Assembly (NCBI RefSeq): GCF_058153355.1
Contig: NZ_CM177019.1
Reading direction: 5' to 3' (one strand)
Length of the DNA stretch: 64,000 bases
Shown: positions 37,942 through 48,465 of the stretch, piece by piece
Layout: every line of letters starts with the position of its first letter
Position numbering within the stretch: the first letter of the stretch is position 1
Notes under the pieces: generated by a model
What the model saw: only the letters and a program-made list of their open reading frames with translations
Told to the model about the DNA's origin: nothing
Databases searched by the model: none
Position numbers and translations under genes: made by a program

Positions 37942-40548
37942 ATGAAGATCCCCCACGATGGCAAAAGAATTCAACGATCGCCGCTCGCTTGCCTGATTGC
38001 GTGTAGCCTGCTGCCCTGCACACAAAATGTGTGGGGGGCAAACGAGACCGTTGAGTTTGATAACACGTTCCTGATGGGCGCAGGCGCCAGGGATATTGAT
38101 GTCAATCGTTATAGCAAAGGTAACGCAACATTACCGGGGCGCTATGACGTTAGCGTGTTTATTAATAACCAGGCCAGCGCCAATCTGAAAATCGAGTTTA
38201 TTGAATTAGACCCTGAACACGCTGCTCAGCCCTGTATCTCCACCAACACATTATTACAACTGCATATTCGCCAGCCAGAAAAGTTAGCGGATAACGCAAT
38301 TTTGCAAAAACGCGAAAACGCTGTGCAGGATTGCCTGAACGTAGAGGTTGCTATTCCGCAATCGAGCGTCGCTTACAATAGCAACGATCAGCGGCTTGAT
38401 ATCAGCATGCCGCAAATCTGGCTGCAGAGAACCTATGCCAACTATGTCGATCCGTCGCTGTGGGATGAAGGCATCAATGCCGCAATGCTCTCTTACACCC
38501 TTAACGGCTGGCGCAGTGAATCCCCCAATCAAACCACAGAAACCAGCTACGCCGGACTGATGGGCGGTATCAATTTATGGGGATGGCATTTTCGCTCACA
38601 TGGTAACTATTCGTGGGACAAAGAAGACGGCGGCAGTTTTGAATTTCAGGATAAATATCTGCAACGCGATATCGCCGCGCTCCGCTCTCAGCTGGTAATG
38701 GGTGAAACCAATACCACAGGAGAAACCTTCGACTCGGTGCCTATTCGCGGGCTGCGACTCTATAGCGAAAGCCGCATGTTGCCCCCTACGCTGGCGTCGT
38801 ATGCGCCCGTTATCCGTGGCGTGGCAAACTCTAACGCGAAAGTCACGATCACCCAAAACGGTTATAAAATTTATGAAACGACCGTGCCGCCAGGGCCATT
38901 CGCGATTGACGATCTCACCCCGGCAGGGTTCGGCGCCGATCTCGAGGTGACCATCACCGAATCGGACGGTTCAAAGCGTACGTTTAGTCAGGCTTATTCA
39001 TCGGTGATCCAGATGATGCGTCCCGGCGTGGGCAAATGGGATATCAGCGCCGGTGAGGTCAATAAAGAGGAACTCCAGGATAAACCGAACCTGCTGCAAG
39101 GAACCTACTATTACGGGTTGAGCAACACCTTCACCGGCTACACCGGCCTGCAAATGACCGATAACGGCTACTGGGCCGGTTTATTAGGGTTGGGGGTGAA
39201 TACATCGCTGGGCGCTTTCTCCTTCGATGTTACTCAGTCTCATGCCGAAATTCCTGACGATAAAACCTATAGTGGACAGAGTTACCGTGTTTCATGGAAC
39301 AAATATTTCGCGCCTACCGAAACCTCACTCAACATTGCCGCCTATCGCTACTCCACTGAAAACTATCTGGGGCTGAACGACGCGTTGACGCTGATTAATT
39401 CTGCCAACCATCCTGATGAAGAGGGCTATTCGGGGATTGTCAGTTATGCACGCATGAAAAATCAGTTCAGCGTTAGCATTAATCAAACGTTAAAAAGTGA
39501 TGAACGTGACTATGGCTCTTTCTATGTGAATGGCACATGGACAGATTACTGGGTAACCAACTCATCACAGAGCAGTTTTGCCTTTGGCTACAGCAATGCC
39601 TTTAACTGGGCGAGCTACAGCGTCAGCCTGCAACGGACATACGATGAAGACAATAAGAAGGATGACTCGATTTATCTGAGTGTGACCATTCCGCTTGATA
39701 AACTGCTTGGCCGCGATAGCCATCAGGGCGGGTTCAAAACCCTGAATACCAGCGTTAACAGCGATATGAAAGGTAGCTCGCAATATAACACCAATGCCTC
39801 GGGCTACAGCCAGGATAATCGCTGGAGTTACAGCGTGAATACCGCCTATAACGTGCAGAAAAACAGCGACAGCCTGAAAAGTATCAGCGGTTATACCAGC
39901 TATGAGTCGCCGTGGGGAACATTTTCAGGCTCAGCCTCCACCAGCAGCGATCGCTCACGTCAGTATGGGCTCAGCACCGATGGCGGTTTTGTACTCCACC
40001 GCCACGGTCTGACCTTCAGTAACGACAGTTTTACCGACTCTGACACGTTGGCGCTGATCAACGCCCCGGGTGCAAAAGGCGCGCGCATTAACTTTGGTAA
40101 CAGCACCATCGACCGTTTTGGCTACGGCGTGACCAGTTCACTGTCACCGTACCGGGAAAATACCGTCGCGCTCGATGTTAACGATCTGGATAACGACGTG
40201 GAGCTCAAAAACACCAGTAGCGTCGCCATTCCGCGCCAGGGTTCCGTCATTTTCAGCCACTTTGACACCGATACCGGGCGCTCCGCCATTCTCAATTTAC
40301 TGCGTAGCAACAATCAGCCCGTGCCGTTTGCTTCCGATATTACCGACGAAAAAGGGACCTCTATCGGGACCGTTGGCCAGGGCAGTCAGGCATTTGTACG
40401 CGGCATTGCCGACAGCGGTGAACTGACGGTCACCTGGTATGAGAAAAATAGTCGCCAGCAGTGCCGTATTCATTATCAGATACCGTCATCACCCACCATG
40501 ACCGGTAAAACTATCGTACTCAACGCCGTGCCATGCACCCAGCAATAA
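37942..40548 (+). CDS. htrE: fimbrial outer membrane usher protein
   Basis: 868-aa ORF; usher hallmarks (FDNTFLMGAGARDIDVNRYSKGN, RGLRLYSESRMLPPTLASYAPVIRGVANSNAKVTITQNGYKIYETTVPPGPFAIDDL). Confidence 0.88.
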   Translation: MKIPHDGKRIQRSPLACLIACSLLPCTQNVWGANETVEFDNTFLMGAGARDIDVNRYSKGNATLPGRYDVSVFINNQASANLKIEFIELDPEHAAQPCISTNTLLQLHIRQPEKLADNAILQKRENAVQDCLNVEVAIPQSSVAYNSNDQRLDISMPQIWLQRTYANYVDPSLWDEGINAAMLSYTLNGWRSESPNQTTETSYAGLMGGINLWGWHFRSHGNYSWDKEDGGSFEFQDKYLQRDIAALRSQLVMGETNTTGETFDSVPIRGLRLYSESRMLPPTLASYAPVIRGVANSNAKVTITQNGYKIYETTVPPGPFAIDDLTPAGFGADLEVTITESDGSKRTFSQAYSSVIQMMRPGVGKWDISAGEVNKEELQDKPNLLQGTYYYGLSNTFTGYTGLQMTDNGYWAGLLGLGVNTSLGAFSFDVTQSHAEIPDDKTYSGQSYRVSWNKYFAPTETSLNIAAYRYSTENYLGLNDALTLINSANHPDEEGYSGIVSYARMKNQFSVSINQTLKSDERDYGSFYVNGTWTDYWVTNSSQSSFAFGYSNAFNWASYSVSLQRTYDEDNKKDDSIYLSVTIPLDKLLGRDSHQGGFKTLNTSVNSDMKGSSQYNTNASGYSQDNRWSYSVNTAYNVQKNSDSLKSISGYTSYESPWGTFSGSASTSSDRSRQYGLSTDGGFVLHRHGLTFSNDSFTDSDTLALINAPGAKGARINFGNSTIDRFGYGVTSSLSPYRENTVALDVNDLDNDVELKNTSSVAIPRQGSVIFSHFDTDTGRSAILNLLRSNNQPVPFASDITDEKGTSIGTVGQGSQAFVRGIADSGELTVTWYEKNSRQQCRIHYQIPSSPTMTGKTIVLNAVPCTQQ

Positions 40549-40564
40549 TGTTCCAGGAGAGGAA

Positions 40565-41134
40565 ATGAGAGCTTTTTTACTACCGCCCCTGCTGCTGACG
40601 TCGCTTTGTCTGCGCCCCGCACTGGCAACCGATCTTTCGGTGAACTTTACCGCGACCATCAAAGAGACGACCTGTGCCATGACGCTCAACGCATTGAATG
40701 GGGCCAGTATCAGCGGTGATACCGCAACGAATAGCTATTATCTGGATCTGCCTGATATGGGCGTTTCGGACATTGTGAATAAATCGTCAATGTCAGAGGC
40801 TAATTTTAAAATCCTTCCCAGCAATTGTAATAACTATATTTCCGGCCTGTCGATGACTCTCAATGGCGCAGTCAGCAGCTATACAGATTCGTTAATCGGT
40901 AATGACCAGACCGTTTCCGGACATACCAACTATGTTGGTCTTGGTATTAAACGTATGAACACTGATGAAAACCTCCGCTTTAAACTCAACGGTAGCCAGC
41001 GAATCACCTGGACGAATGATGAAATAAGTAATGGATTAGATCTCACAGCCATGCTTCGTCAGACCACCACCGGGAATACGATCACCACAGGCCAATTCCA
41101 GGCCAAAGTAACTTTCGTCTTTACCTACCAATAG
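40565..41134 (+). CDS. yadM: fimbrial minor subunit
   Basis: 189-aa ORF with signal peptide and C-terminal VTFVFTYQ. Confidence 0.8.
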   Translation: MRAFLLPPLLLTSLCLRPALATDLSVNFTATIKETTCAMTLNALNGASISGDTATNSYYLDLPDMGVSDIVNKSSMSEANFKILPSNCNNYISGLSMTLNGAVSSYTDSLIGNDQTVSGHTNYVGLGIKRMNTDENLRFKLNGSQRITWTNDEISNGLDLTAMLRQTTTGNTITTGQFQAKVTFVFTYQ

Positions 41135-41145
41135 CAGGTTTGTTT

Positions 41146-41742
41146 ATGAATTATCACAATATAACCTTTGTCTTGCTGCTGTGCTTTGGATATATCTCCA
41201 TCGGCCACGCCGCCAGTAGCTCTATGGACGTTACGGTACGCGCTAAGGTTACTGCCAGTACCTGCACGGCGGAATTACGCAATGCGCAGGATCAGCAAGC
41301 CACCACCATCGCTATTGGCGATGTCTATCTCAACGAGCTTTCCGCTAAATCGAAATACCAAAACTTCAGCCTGGTGTTTTCAAACTGCGAAGGGTTAGCA
41401 AAGGATCAGGCAAAAGTTGTGCTTTCTGCACAGACGGGCTGCGATGGTGCTTCCAGTACCGGTGGCGGATACCGTAATGCACTGACGACAGCGGACGATG
41501 ATGCGGCAACCGGTGTTGCAGTTGAAGTGTGGACGACCAACCAGCCAGAAGGTCAGGGCAGCATTCAGCTTAATTGTAAAACCAAACCAACCAGTATTGT
41601 CGATTTAGCCACGGCTACAGGCTCGAATATTGTCCACTGGCCGCTCAGTGCCCGAATTGTTGTCGCATCGGATAATACCATCGCGGATGTCCGTGCAGGT
41701 CAATTCTCCACCAATGCTATCTTTTCTGTAACCTATGAGTAG
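41146..41742 (+). CDS. yadL: fimbrial minor subunit
   Basis: ATG at 41146 (track frame begins at TTG 41140); signal peptide, C-terminal AIFSVTYE. Confidence 0.8.
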   Translation: MNYHNITFVLLLCFGYISIGHAASSSMDVTVRAKVTASTCTAELRNAQDQQATTIAIGDVYLNELSAKSKYQNFSLVFSNCEGLAKDQAKVVLSAQTGCDGASSTGGGYRNALTTADDDAATGVAVEVWTTNQPEGQGSIQLNCKTKPTSIVDLATATGSNIVHWPLSARIVVASDNTIADVRAGQFSTNAIFSVTYE

Positions 41743-42315
41743 ATGATGATGAAAACAGTTATCTACATGATTGCGTTTTGGTTTTCTTACAACGCCATTG
41801 CAGCCAGTACCAATATTAATATGACTGCCAATATCATCAGCACCAGTTGCCGGGTCACGCTCGACAATAATGGAAATATTGATTTAGGCACAGTGGATTA
41901 TAGCTATCTGAATAATAATACCTCTGTCGATCGCGTCTATTCTGGCGGGCACCCCTTTTATATTACCGTCAGCGACTGCGCGCAGGTAGCGGGGAAAAAT
42001 CCGGCCCACCTGACCGTCAGCTTTACGCCTTTGGCAGGCACCCTTGCGCCAACCAACCTCCAGGTATTCGCCAACCAGCAGGTCAACGGTGCAAAAAATG
42101 TCGGCGTGGTTATTTTATCGACCGAGGACGCTCAGCATATTTTCAATGTGCTCGACACGCGTGGTCAACCGCAAAGTATTTACCCCGTGACGCCCGAAAC
42201 GATCGCTAACGCGACATACCACTTTTACGCTCGGATGCAAAAAATTGACCCTACACAAGCGGTAACCAGCGGCGTGGTAAAAGCGAGCGTATTTGTTGGG
42301 GTTTATTATGAATAA
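41743..42315 (+). CDS. yadK: fimbrial minor subunit
   Basis: 190-aa ORF MMMKTVIYMIAFWFSYNAIAA..., C-terminal VFVGVYYE; three consecutive ATG codons make the exact start ambiguous. Confidence 0.8.
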   Translation: MMMKTVIYMIAFWFSYNAIAASTNINMTANIISTSCRVTLDNNGNIDLGTVDYSYLNNNTSVDRVYSGGHPFYITVSDCAQVAGKNPAHLTVSFTPLAGTLAPTNLQVFANQQVNGAKNVGVVILSTEDAQHIFNVLDTRGQPQSIYPVTPETIANATYHFYARMQKIDPTQAVTSGVVKASVFVGVYYE

Positions 42316-42341
42316 TCTATATCACTCTCAAGGATGAAGAG

Positions 42342-43574
42342 ATGAACACGCAATTTTTTTCCCGGTCTAAACGGTGGTGTCGAACACTGCTGGTTCTGTT
42401 GTCCTTCTATTCAGGCTGCCTGCACTCTGCCAACACAATTATCGTCGGCAACAAAACCTATTCAGGCTCGACGGAAAGTAATTCCGGTCCACAGGGGGAT
42501 GGCAGCGCAACGGCAACGTTCAGCACAGGAGCAAACCAGATAGTGATCCCAACCTCCGCGGGGCTACAAAGTAGCAACATCAGGCTCCAGTTGGGCTGGG
42601 TGGATACGGGTTCATTAGGCAATGCCCTGATTTACTGTGGAGCTGGTGGAATGGGAACGCCTTTAACCCTGGAGAGCCATTTCGTTGATGCTCTGGTGAG
42701 TGCAGATGGCCACAAGCTCTTTAAAACCAATGTGCAGGGTCTCTACTTCAGGATGCACATGTACAGTGTAAGCTCATTCAAAACAACATCCAGCAGCGAT
42801 ATCTATATCGGTGACCCCCCCCAACAAACACTGACCTTAACGCCCGAGAATTCCGTATGCGTCGCCGATCTGGGGAAATACACAGCCATAGGCGGTCTGG
42901 TCAGTAAAATTGATATTGAGTTTTATAATGATGGAACCTTCAATCCCAATACGACAGGTAGCATCGCTTTACTGAGCAACAAGGGATATCACTATTCAGT
43001 GACAAATGCAGCGCCTGGTGGTGCATTGACCTCGCACTATATTTATCAGACGTTCAATATGGGTAATGTGACGCTTAGCTCGCCTACCTGTACCTCAGCG
43101 GTCGTTTCGGGGAATACAGTTAAGGGAGATACCGTCAGTCTCGGTGAATATAACCCCAAAGATATCCTTGATGGCGTTGACGGCATCCCTTTTGGTATAG
43201 CACTAAAGAACTGTTACCGGGTCACCAATATCGAGGTCAAAATGACTACCGGCGCCCCTGCAATGTCGGCTGCGTTATTGGGTAATTCGTTAACCGCCGA
43301 GGCCAATGCCGCCAACGGCGTAGGCGTGGAGATAAAAGGAAAATCGAACTCACATTATGCCGAGGTTGTTCTTCACCCTAATGACACCCATTCTGTTTAT
43401 AAAGCCTATGTCGATACAGCTGACACGTCGAATGGCATTATTGGTTCAGGCACATCGGGAACCGCAGCAAATCAAACGCTAAATTTTGTTGCCACCCTCA
43501 AACAAGACAACAATCAACAAATCAGAGGCGGGGATTTCAAAGCGACCGCCGTTTTCTCTATCACCTACCCATGA
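42342..43574 (+). CDS. yadC: fimbrial tip adhesin-like protein
   Basis: 410-aa ORF, signal peptide, two-domain size typical of tip adhesins, C-terminal AVFSITYP pilin fold; last gene of operon. Confidence 0.8.
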   Translation: MNTQFFSRSKRWCRTLLVLLSFYSGCLHSANTIIVGNKTYSGSTESNSGPQGDGSATATFSTGANQIVIPTSAGLQSSNIRLQLGWVDTGSLGNALIYCGAGGMGTPLTLESHFVDALVSADGHKLFKTNVQGLYFRMHMYSVSSFKTTSSSDIYIGDPPQQTLTLTPENSVCVADLGKYTAIGGLVSKIDIEFYNDGTFNPNTTGSIALLSNKGYHYSVTNAAPGGALTSHYIYQTFNMGNVTLSSPTCTSAVVSGNTVKGDTVSLGEYNPKDILDGVDGIPFGIALKNCYRVTNIEVKMTTGAPAMSAALLGNSLTAEANAANGVGVEIKGKSNSHYAEVVLHPNDTHSVYKAYVDTADTSNGIIGSGTSGTAANQTLNFVATLKQDNNQQIRGGDFKATAVFSITYP

Positions 43575-43583
43575 GCCCCGCTA

Positions 43584-43608
43584 CCGGCAGGCCCCCCTGC
43601 CGGTTTTG
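43584..43608 (+). terminator. intrinsic terminator of the yad operon
   Basis: ccggcagg-cccc-cctgccgg hairpin followed by TTTTG, 10 nt after yadC stop. Confidence 0.75.
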
Positions 43609-43692
43609 ACCATAAAGGGCTAACACTCATCACTGACATCCCCTACAATGCGCCAATCCTATAGATAACACTTATGACTAACAGGGGTTATG

Positions 43693-44487
43693 ATGAAACC
43701 GACCACCATCTCCTTGCTGAACAAATACAAACAAGAAAAAAAACGCTTCGCCACTATTACCGCTTACGACTACAGCTTCGCCAAATTGTTTGCTGAAGAA
43801 GGACTTAACGTGATGTTGGTTGGCGATTCGCTGGGCATGACTGTTCAGGGGCACGACTCCACACTCCCGGTAACCGTTCAAGATATCGCCTACCACACTG
43901 CTGCCGTACGTCGTGGCGCACCGAATTGCCTGCTGCTGGCTGACCTGCCGTTTATGGCGTATTCCACCCCGGAACAGGCCTTTGAAAATGCCGCCACAGT
44001 AATGCGTGCCGGAGCCAATATGGTCAAAATTGAAGGCGGCGCATGGTTGGTTGAGACGGTACGAATGCTGACTGAACGTGCAGTTCCGGTGTGTGGTCAT
44101 TTAGGTTTAACCCCACAGTCAGTGAATATTTTTGGCGGCTACAAAGTACAAGGGCGTGGCGATGAAGCGGGCGATCAACTGCTCAGCGATGCGTTAGCCT
44201 TAGAAGCCGCTGGTGCACAGTTGCTGGTGCTGGAATGCGTGCCGGTTGAACTGGCGAAACGCATTACTGAAGCGCTGGCGATTCCGGTAATCGGTATTGG
44301 CGCGGGCAACGTCACCGACGGGCAAATCCTCGTGATGCACGACGCGTTCGGTATTACCGGCGGCCATATCCCTAAATTTGCAAAAAATTTCCTTGCTGAA
44401 ACGGGCGACATCCGCGCAGCAGTGCGTCAGTATATAGCTGAAGTGGAGTCCGGGGTTTATCCGGGCGAAGAACACAGTTTCCATTAA
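43693..44487 (+). CDS. panB: 3-methyl-2-oxobutanoate hydroxymethyltransferase
   Basis: 264 aa [55 protein letters not shown]... (second ATG of track ORF). Confidence 0.96.
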   Translation: MKPTTISLLNKYKQEKKRFATITAYDYSFAKLFAEEGLNVMLVGDSLGMTVQGHDSTLPVTVQDIAYHTAAVRRGAPNCLLLADLPFMAYSTPEQAFENAATVMRAGANMVKIEGGAWLVETVRMLTERAVPVCGHLGLTPQSVNIFGGYKVQGRGDEAGDQLLSDALALEAAGAQLLVLECVPVELAKRITEALAIPVIGIGAGNVTDGQILVMHDAFGITGGHIPKFAKNFLAETGDIRAAVRQYIAEVESGVYPGEEHSFH

Positions 44488-44498
44488 GGAGTCACGTT

Positions 44499-45350
44499 GT
44501 GTTAATTATCGAAACCCTGCCGTTGCTGCGTCAGCAAATTCGCCGCCTGCGAATGGAAGGCAAACGCGTGGCGCTGGTGCCTACTATGGGTAACCTGCAC
44601 GATGGTCATATGAAGCTGGTCGACGAAGCCAAAGCCCGCGCCGATGTGGTCGTCGTCAGTATTTTCGTTAACCCAATGCAGTTTGACCGCCCGGAAGATC
44701 TGGCTCGCTACCCACGCACCTTGCAGGAAGACTGCGAGAAGCTAAACAAACGTAAAGTGGATCTGGTTTTCGCTCCCTCGGTAAAAGAGATCTATCCGAA
44801 CGGTACAGAAACCCACACCTATGTCGATGTTCCAGGCCTTTCCACCATGCTGGAAGGTGCCAGCCGTCCAGGACATTTTCGCGGCGTATCGACCATCGTC
44901 AGCAAACTGTTCAACCTGGTCCAGCCGGACATCGCCTGCTTCGGTGAAAAGGATTTTCAGCAACTGGCGCTGATCCGCAAAATGGTTGCCGACATGGGCT
45001 TTGATATTGAGATTGTCGGAGTGCCGATTATGCGCGCTAAAGACGGTCTGGCGCTCAGTTCCCGTAACGGCTATCTGACGGCGGAACAACGTAAAATTGC
45101 GCCGGGTCTGTACAAGGTCTTAAGTTCAATTGCCGACAAATTGCAGGCTGGCGAACGGGATCTCGATGAAATTATTGCTATTGCCGGGCAAGAACTGAAT
45201 GAAAAAGGTTTCCGTTCCGATGATATTCAGATTCGCGATGCCGACACCTTGCTGGAAATCGCTGAAAACAGCAAACGAGCTGTGATTCTGGTAGCCGCCT
45301 GGCTTGGCGATGCTCGCCTGATCGACAACAAAATGGTCGAACTGGCGTAA
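44499..45350 (+). CDS. panC: pantothenate synthetase
   Basis: 283-aa ORF (GTG start at 44499) [41 protein letters not shown]... Confidence 0.96.
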   Translation: MLIIETLPLLRQQIRRLRMEGKRVALVPTMGNLHDGHMKLVDEAKARADVVVVSIFVNPMQFDRPEDLARYPRTLQEDCEKLNKRKVDLVFAPSVKEIYPNGTETHTYVDVPGLSTMLEGASRPGHFRGVSTIVSKLFNLVQPDIACFGEKDFQQLALIRKMVADMGFDIEIVGVPIMRAKDGLALSSRNGYLTAEQRKIAPGLYKVLSSIADKLQAGERDLDEIIAIAGQELNEKGFRSDDIQIRDADTLLEIAENSKRAVILVAAWLGDARLIDNKMVELA

Positions 45351-45355
45351 TACTT

Positions 45356-45482
45356 ATACTCTAAATAATTCAAGTTGCAGGAAGGCGGCAAGCGAGTGAA
45401 TCCCCAGGAGCTTACATAAGTAAGTGACTGGGGTGAGCGAACGCAGACGCAGCACATGCAACTTGAAGTATGACGAGTATAA
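45356..45482 (+). repeat. ERIC (enterobacterial repetitive intergenic consensus) element
   Basis: Contains gtgaatccccaggagcttacataagtaagtgactggggtgagcgaacgcagacgcagcacatgcaacttgaagtatgacgagtata, matching the ERIC core inverted repeat; lies in the panC-rpnC spacer. Confidence 0.8.
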
Positions 45483-45570
45483 CTGGCGCTACGGCTGATG
45501 GCGCCAATTATTAATTTGCCCCACGTCATGACGATGACGTCTGTAAGCGGTTATTCATACCGCAGACAAC

Positions 45571-46515
45571 TTAGTTAATTAGCTTATCAATCTCAGCAAG
45601 AGGTAAATTTGCCATCTCTGCAACGTCTTCCCGAGACATTCCTTTACTCAGAAGACGCAGGGCGAATTCTTGCCTTTCCTCCTGTCTTCCCAGCTGAATC
45701 CCCTTCTCAATCCCCTTCTCAATCCCCTTCTCAATCCCCTTCTCAATTCCCTTCTCAATTCCCTTCTCTTCAAACCACTGCGCCAACGTCATCATAGACT
45801 CCCCTCCCGTTTCCCTGTCTCTCACCACACCATAAAACAAATCCGCTTGTTCAGTATGACCGCGTTGCAGCATATAGTTTTGCATGGCAACTAACTGACT
45901 TCCGCTAGTGTACCCTTCGTCAATCAGCGTGACCAGTTGCTCCAGCAATAACATTAAGTCGCGCTGGCGAATATGTTTTTGCAACAGTTCGAGAATCGCA
46001 ATCCGCCGATGTTGCATGATTTCGTCATCCGGTGTGATAGTGATATCCACCAGCGGGAAAGGACTGTTATAGACGCGTCGCGCCAGCTCCGGCGAGTAAA
46101 ACATATCAAACCAGCACATTGAGAGTGGATAAGGCGTGGCCTCGCCCTGATAAAACAAAATCGGCACCACCAGCGGCAGCTTATCGTGGTCAGCCTCCAG
46201 ATGCCGGTGCATGGCGGCAATAGAATAACGCATCATACGAAACGCCATTTTTTTGTCCGGCTTGCTTTGGTGTTCAATCACAACATGTAGATAGCCCGTA
46301 TTACCCTGCATTTGCACGGAATAGAGCACGTCAGTGCTGTGCCCTTTCAGGCTTTCTTCAATAAAACTCCCCGACTCAAGATGCAGCGTGTCGAGGTCAC
46401 ACAGTTCGCGTAGCTCCGCTGGCAAATGGATATCCAGAAAGTCGCGAGCCGTTTCCACGTGCATTAAAAATTGTTTAAACACCGCATCATGCGGTGTGGT
46501 ACTCGGTGCATCCAT
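45571..46515 (-). CDS. rpnC: recombination-promoting nuclease Rpn family (YhgA-like, PD-(D/E)XK transposase_31)
   Basis: 314-aa ORF MDAPSTTPHDAVFKQFLMHVETARDFLDIHLPAELRELCDLDTLHLESGSFIEESLKGHSTDVLYSVQMQ...; position between panC and panD as for yadD/rpnC; carries an (EKGI)6 repeat. Confidence 0.88.
   Translation of the reverse strand: MDAPSTTPHDAVFKQFLMHVETARDFLDIHLPAELRELCDLDTLHLESGSFIEESLKGHSTDVLYSVQMQGNTGYLHVVIEHQSKPDKKMAFRMMRYSIAAMHRHLEADHDKLPLVVPILFYQGEATPYPLSMCWFDMFYSPELARRVYNSPFPLVDITITPDDEIMQHRRIAILELLQKHIRQRDLMLLLEQLVTLIDEGYTSGSQLVAMQNYMLQRGHTEQADLFYGVVRDRETGGESMMTLAQWFEEKGIEKGIEKGIEKGIEKGIEKGIQLGRQEERQEFALRLLSKGMSREDVAEMANLPLAEIDKLIN
45697..45768 (-). repeat. in-frame 12-bp tandem repeat (6 copies) inside rpnC
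   Basis: aatccccttctc x4 then aattcccttctc x2 on plus strand, encoding EKGIEKGIEKGIEKGIEKGIEKGI on the minus strand. Confidence 0.95.
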
Positions 46516-46788
46516 CTTCCCTGCCTTCCGTGTTGTCTTGCGTGAAGGCAGTATCCAGTCAAGGCGCGCCGTCGTCAGCCGCCTCTTTAGTGTTTACCGA
46601 GCAGCGTTCAGAGAAATTTCAATTGGTTACAGGTGTTACATGGCTCGCTTCGGCACGGTACGCAAACTGCTGATGCAAATGCCGTCAGATGAGTAGACAC
46701 TAAACAAAAATCGGGCAATACTGCGTGAGAATTTCCTCAAAGCAGGCACCGCCTGCTTCGTTAACGACAGGGTAGAAAGGTAGAAGTT

Positions 46789-47169
46789 ATGATTCGCACG
46801 ATGCTGCAGGGCAAACTCCACCGCGTGAAAGTGACTCATGCGGACCTGCACTATGAAGGTTCTTGCGCCATTGACCAGGATTTTCTTGACGCAGCCGGTA
46901 TTCTCGAAAACGAAGCCATTGATATCTGGAATGTCACCAACGGCAAGCGTTTTTCCACCTATGCCATCGCAGCAGAACGCGGTTCGAGAATTATTTCTGT
47001 TAACGGTGCGGCAGCCCACTGCGCCAGCGTCGGCGATATTGTCATCATCGCCAGCTTCGTCACCATGCCGGATGAAGAAGCTCGCACCTGGCGGCCCAAC
47101 GTTGCCTACTTTGAAGGCGACAACGAAATGAAACGTACCGCGAAAGCGATTCCAGTTCAGGTGGCCTGA
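46789..47169 (+). CDS. panD: aspartate 1-decarboxylase
   Basis: 126-aa [63 protein letters not shown]..., Gly24-Ser25 self-cleavage site present. Confidence 0.97.
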
Positions 47170-47172
47170 TAA

Positions 47173-48402
47173 TCACCCCTGCGGCTGGTTACTCACCAGC
47201 CGCGACATCGTCTCCAGCGAATCCGTTCTTAAGATATAAAGCCGTTTTAGTAACAACGGATTATCCCCCGGTTTTACTTTGCCTTTCATGGTGGTCACTG
47301 CCAGATGAAATCCGGCTTCACGTGCCGCCTTCACCGCTTTGTCATTAAAACCGCCAAACGGATAAGAAAGATACAAGACATGTGGATTAAACTGCGCCAG
47401 CGCCCGACGCGATCGCGCAAAATCAAACAGAATATTGTGCTCACTACGGCTCAGTAATATGGGGCGGCGATAGCCATCTACCCGATGCAAAAAATGAGTA
47501 TGTGACTGGAAATCAAATACATCACGAATTTCGTTAAGCTCAGAAATGCTCATAAATTGCAGCGATTTTGGATCCCATTTCTGCGGGTGACGTTTGATGC
47601 GCGAGGTAACAATAAATGCCGTCGCCTTCATACCATAGTGTTTCAACACAGGATACGCATAGCGGCTAACCGACTTGAGACCATCATCAAAGGTAATCAC
47701 CACGGCACGTGCCGGGAGATTAATTTTATTCTGCACGTAACCTTCCAACTGTGTCATGCTCAGTGTCGCGTACCCCCTGTCGCGCAGCCAGGCCATCTGG
47801 TTATTGAAGGCACGTACCGAGGTGGTCGTCGAAGTATGGCGAAAACGGGTGTTTTCTTCGTCGCGCAGAATATGATGATAGGTTAGCACCGGCAGGCCAT
47901 TGTCGGGTTGGGCATCCAGCGCGCTGATATAGGCCAGTCGATCGCCAATACGGATCTGATACCAGATTTGGTTTAACCTGTCTTTCAGTTTATGCAAAAT
48001 CGGATAACGCAAATTGTCCGCCAGTACCCCAAATGGCGCACTGCCCACACTCGGCGCGTTATAAACCGGCGTATCTTTCCAGGTTATTAAGTTCTGATTA
48101 CTCAGCGGCTTGTTGAGGTCACCCAAACCGTCTTCAACCTTTTGTCGCCCCTGAACCGGCTCGAGATGACCTTTATCGATAAACCCTTTGCCAAAACCAA
48201 AATTAAATGCGTAATAACTTGCGGCAGTCGGCTCCACGGCAATGATTTGTCCGGCCCGAATATTCCCTACCGTCACCATTTTGTCGCCAATTTGCGCCCA
48301 GACCGCGGCATTTTCGATGGTTTGCATATAACGGGCAGGCAATGCGGCACTGACGCTTGTGGTAAACAGCATCAGCAGGAGAATAACAGCTTGTTTATAC
48401 AT
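47173..48402 (-). CDS. yadE: polysaccharide deacetylase family protein (NodB-like)
   Basis: 409-aa ORF with signal peptide [20 protein letters not shown]... and deacetylase motifs (VITFDDG, HTH); ends 3 nt from panD stop. Confidence 0.88.
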   Translation of the reverse strand: MYKQAVILLLMLFTTSVSAALPARYMQTIENAAVWAQIGDKMVTVGNIRAGQIIAVEPTAASYYAFNFGFGKGFIDKGHLEPVQGRQKVEDGLGDLNKPLSNQNLITWKDTPVYNAPSVGSAPFGVLADNLRYPILHKLKDRLNQIWYQIRIGDRLAYISALDAQPDNGLPVLTYHHILRDEENTRFRHTSTTTSVRAFNNQMAWLRDRGYATLSMTQLEGYVQNKINLPARAVVITFDDGLKSVSRYAYPVLKHYGMKATAFIVTSRIKRHPQKWDPKSLQFMSISELNEIRDVFDFQSHTHFLHRVDGYRRPILLSRSEHNILFDFARSRRALAQFNPHVLYLSYPFGGFNDKAVKAAREAGFHLAVTTMKGKVKPGDNPLLLKRLYILRTDSLETMSRLVSNQPQG

Positions 48403-48465
48403 GAAAAAATAACCAGGGATGAAACAACGCTTTTATTGTAGCAAAAGCGTCATCAGGATCGCGGG

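Noticed and set aside
36034-43608. Yad fimbrial block considered as a horizontally acquired island or novel system
   Set aside because: It is a standard seven-gene chaperone-usher operon at its usual chromosomal position between folK and panB, with no integrase, tRNA or direct-repeat boundaries; divergent allele rather than a new system.
46334-46696. 120-aa plus-strand ORF spanning the rpnC 5' end and rpnC-panD spacer
   Set aside because: Mostly antisense to rpnC; Ser/Arg-rich translation; no support as a gene.
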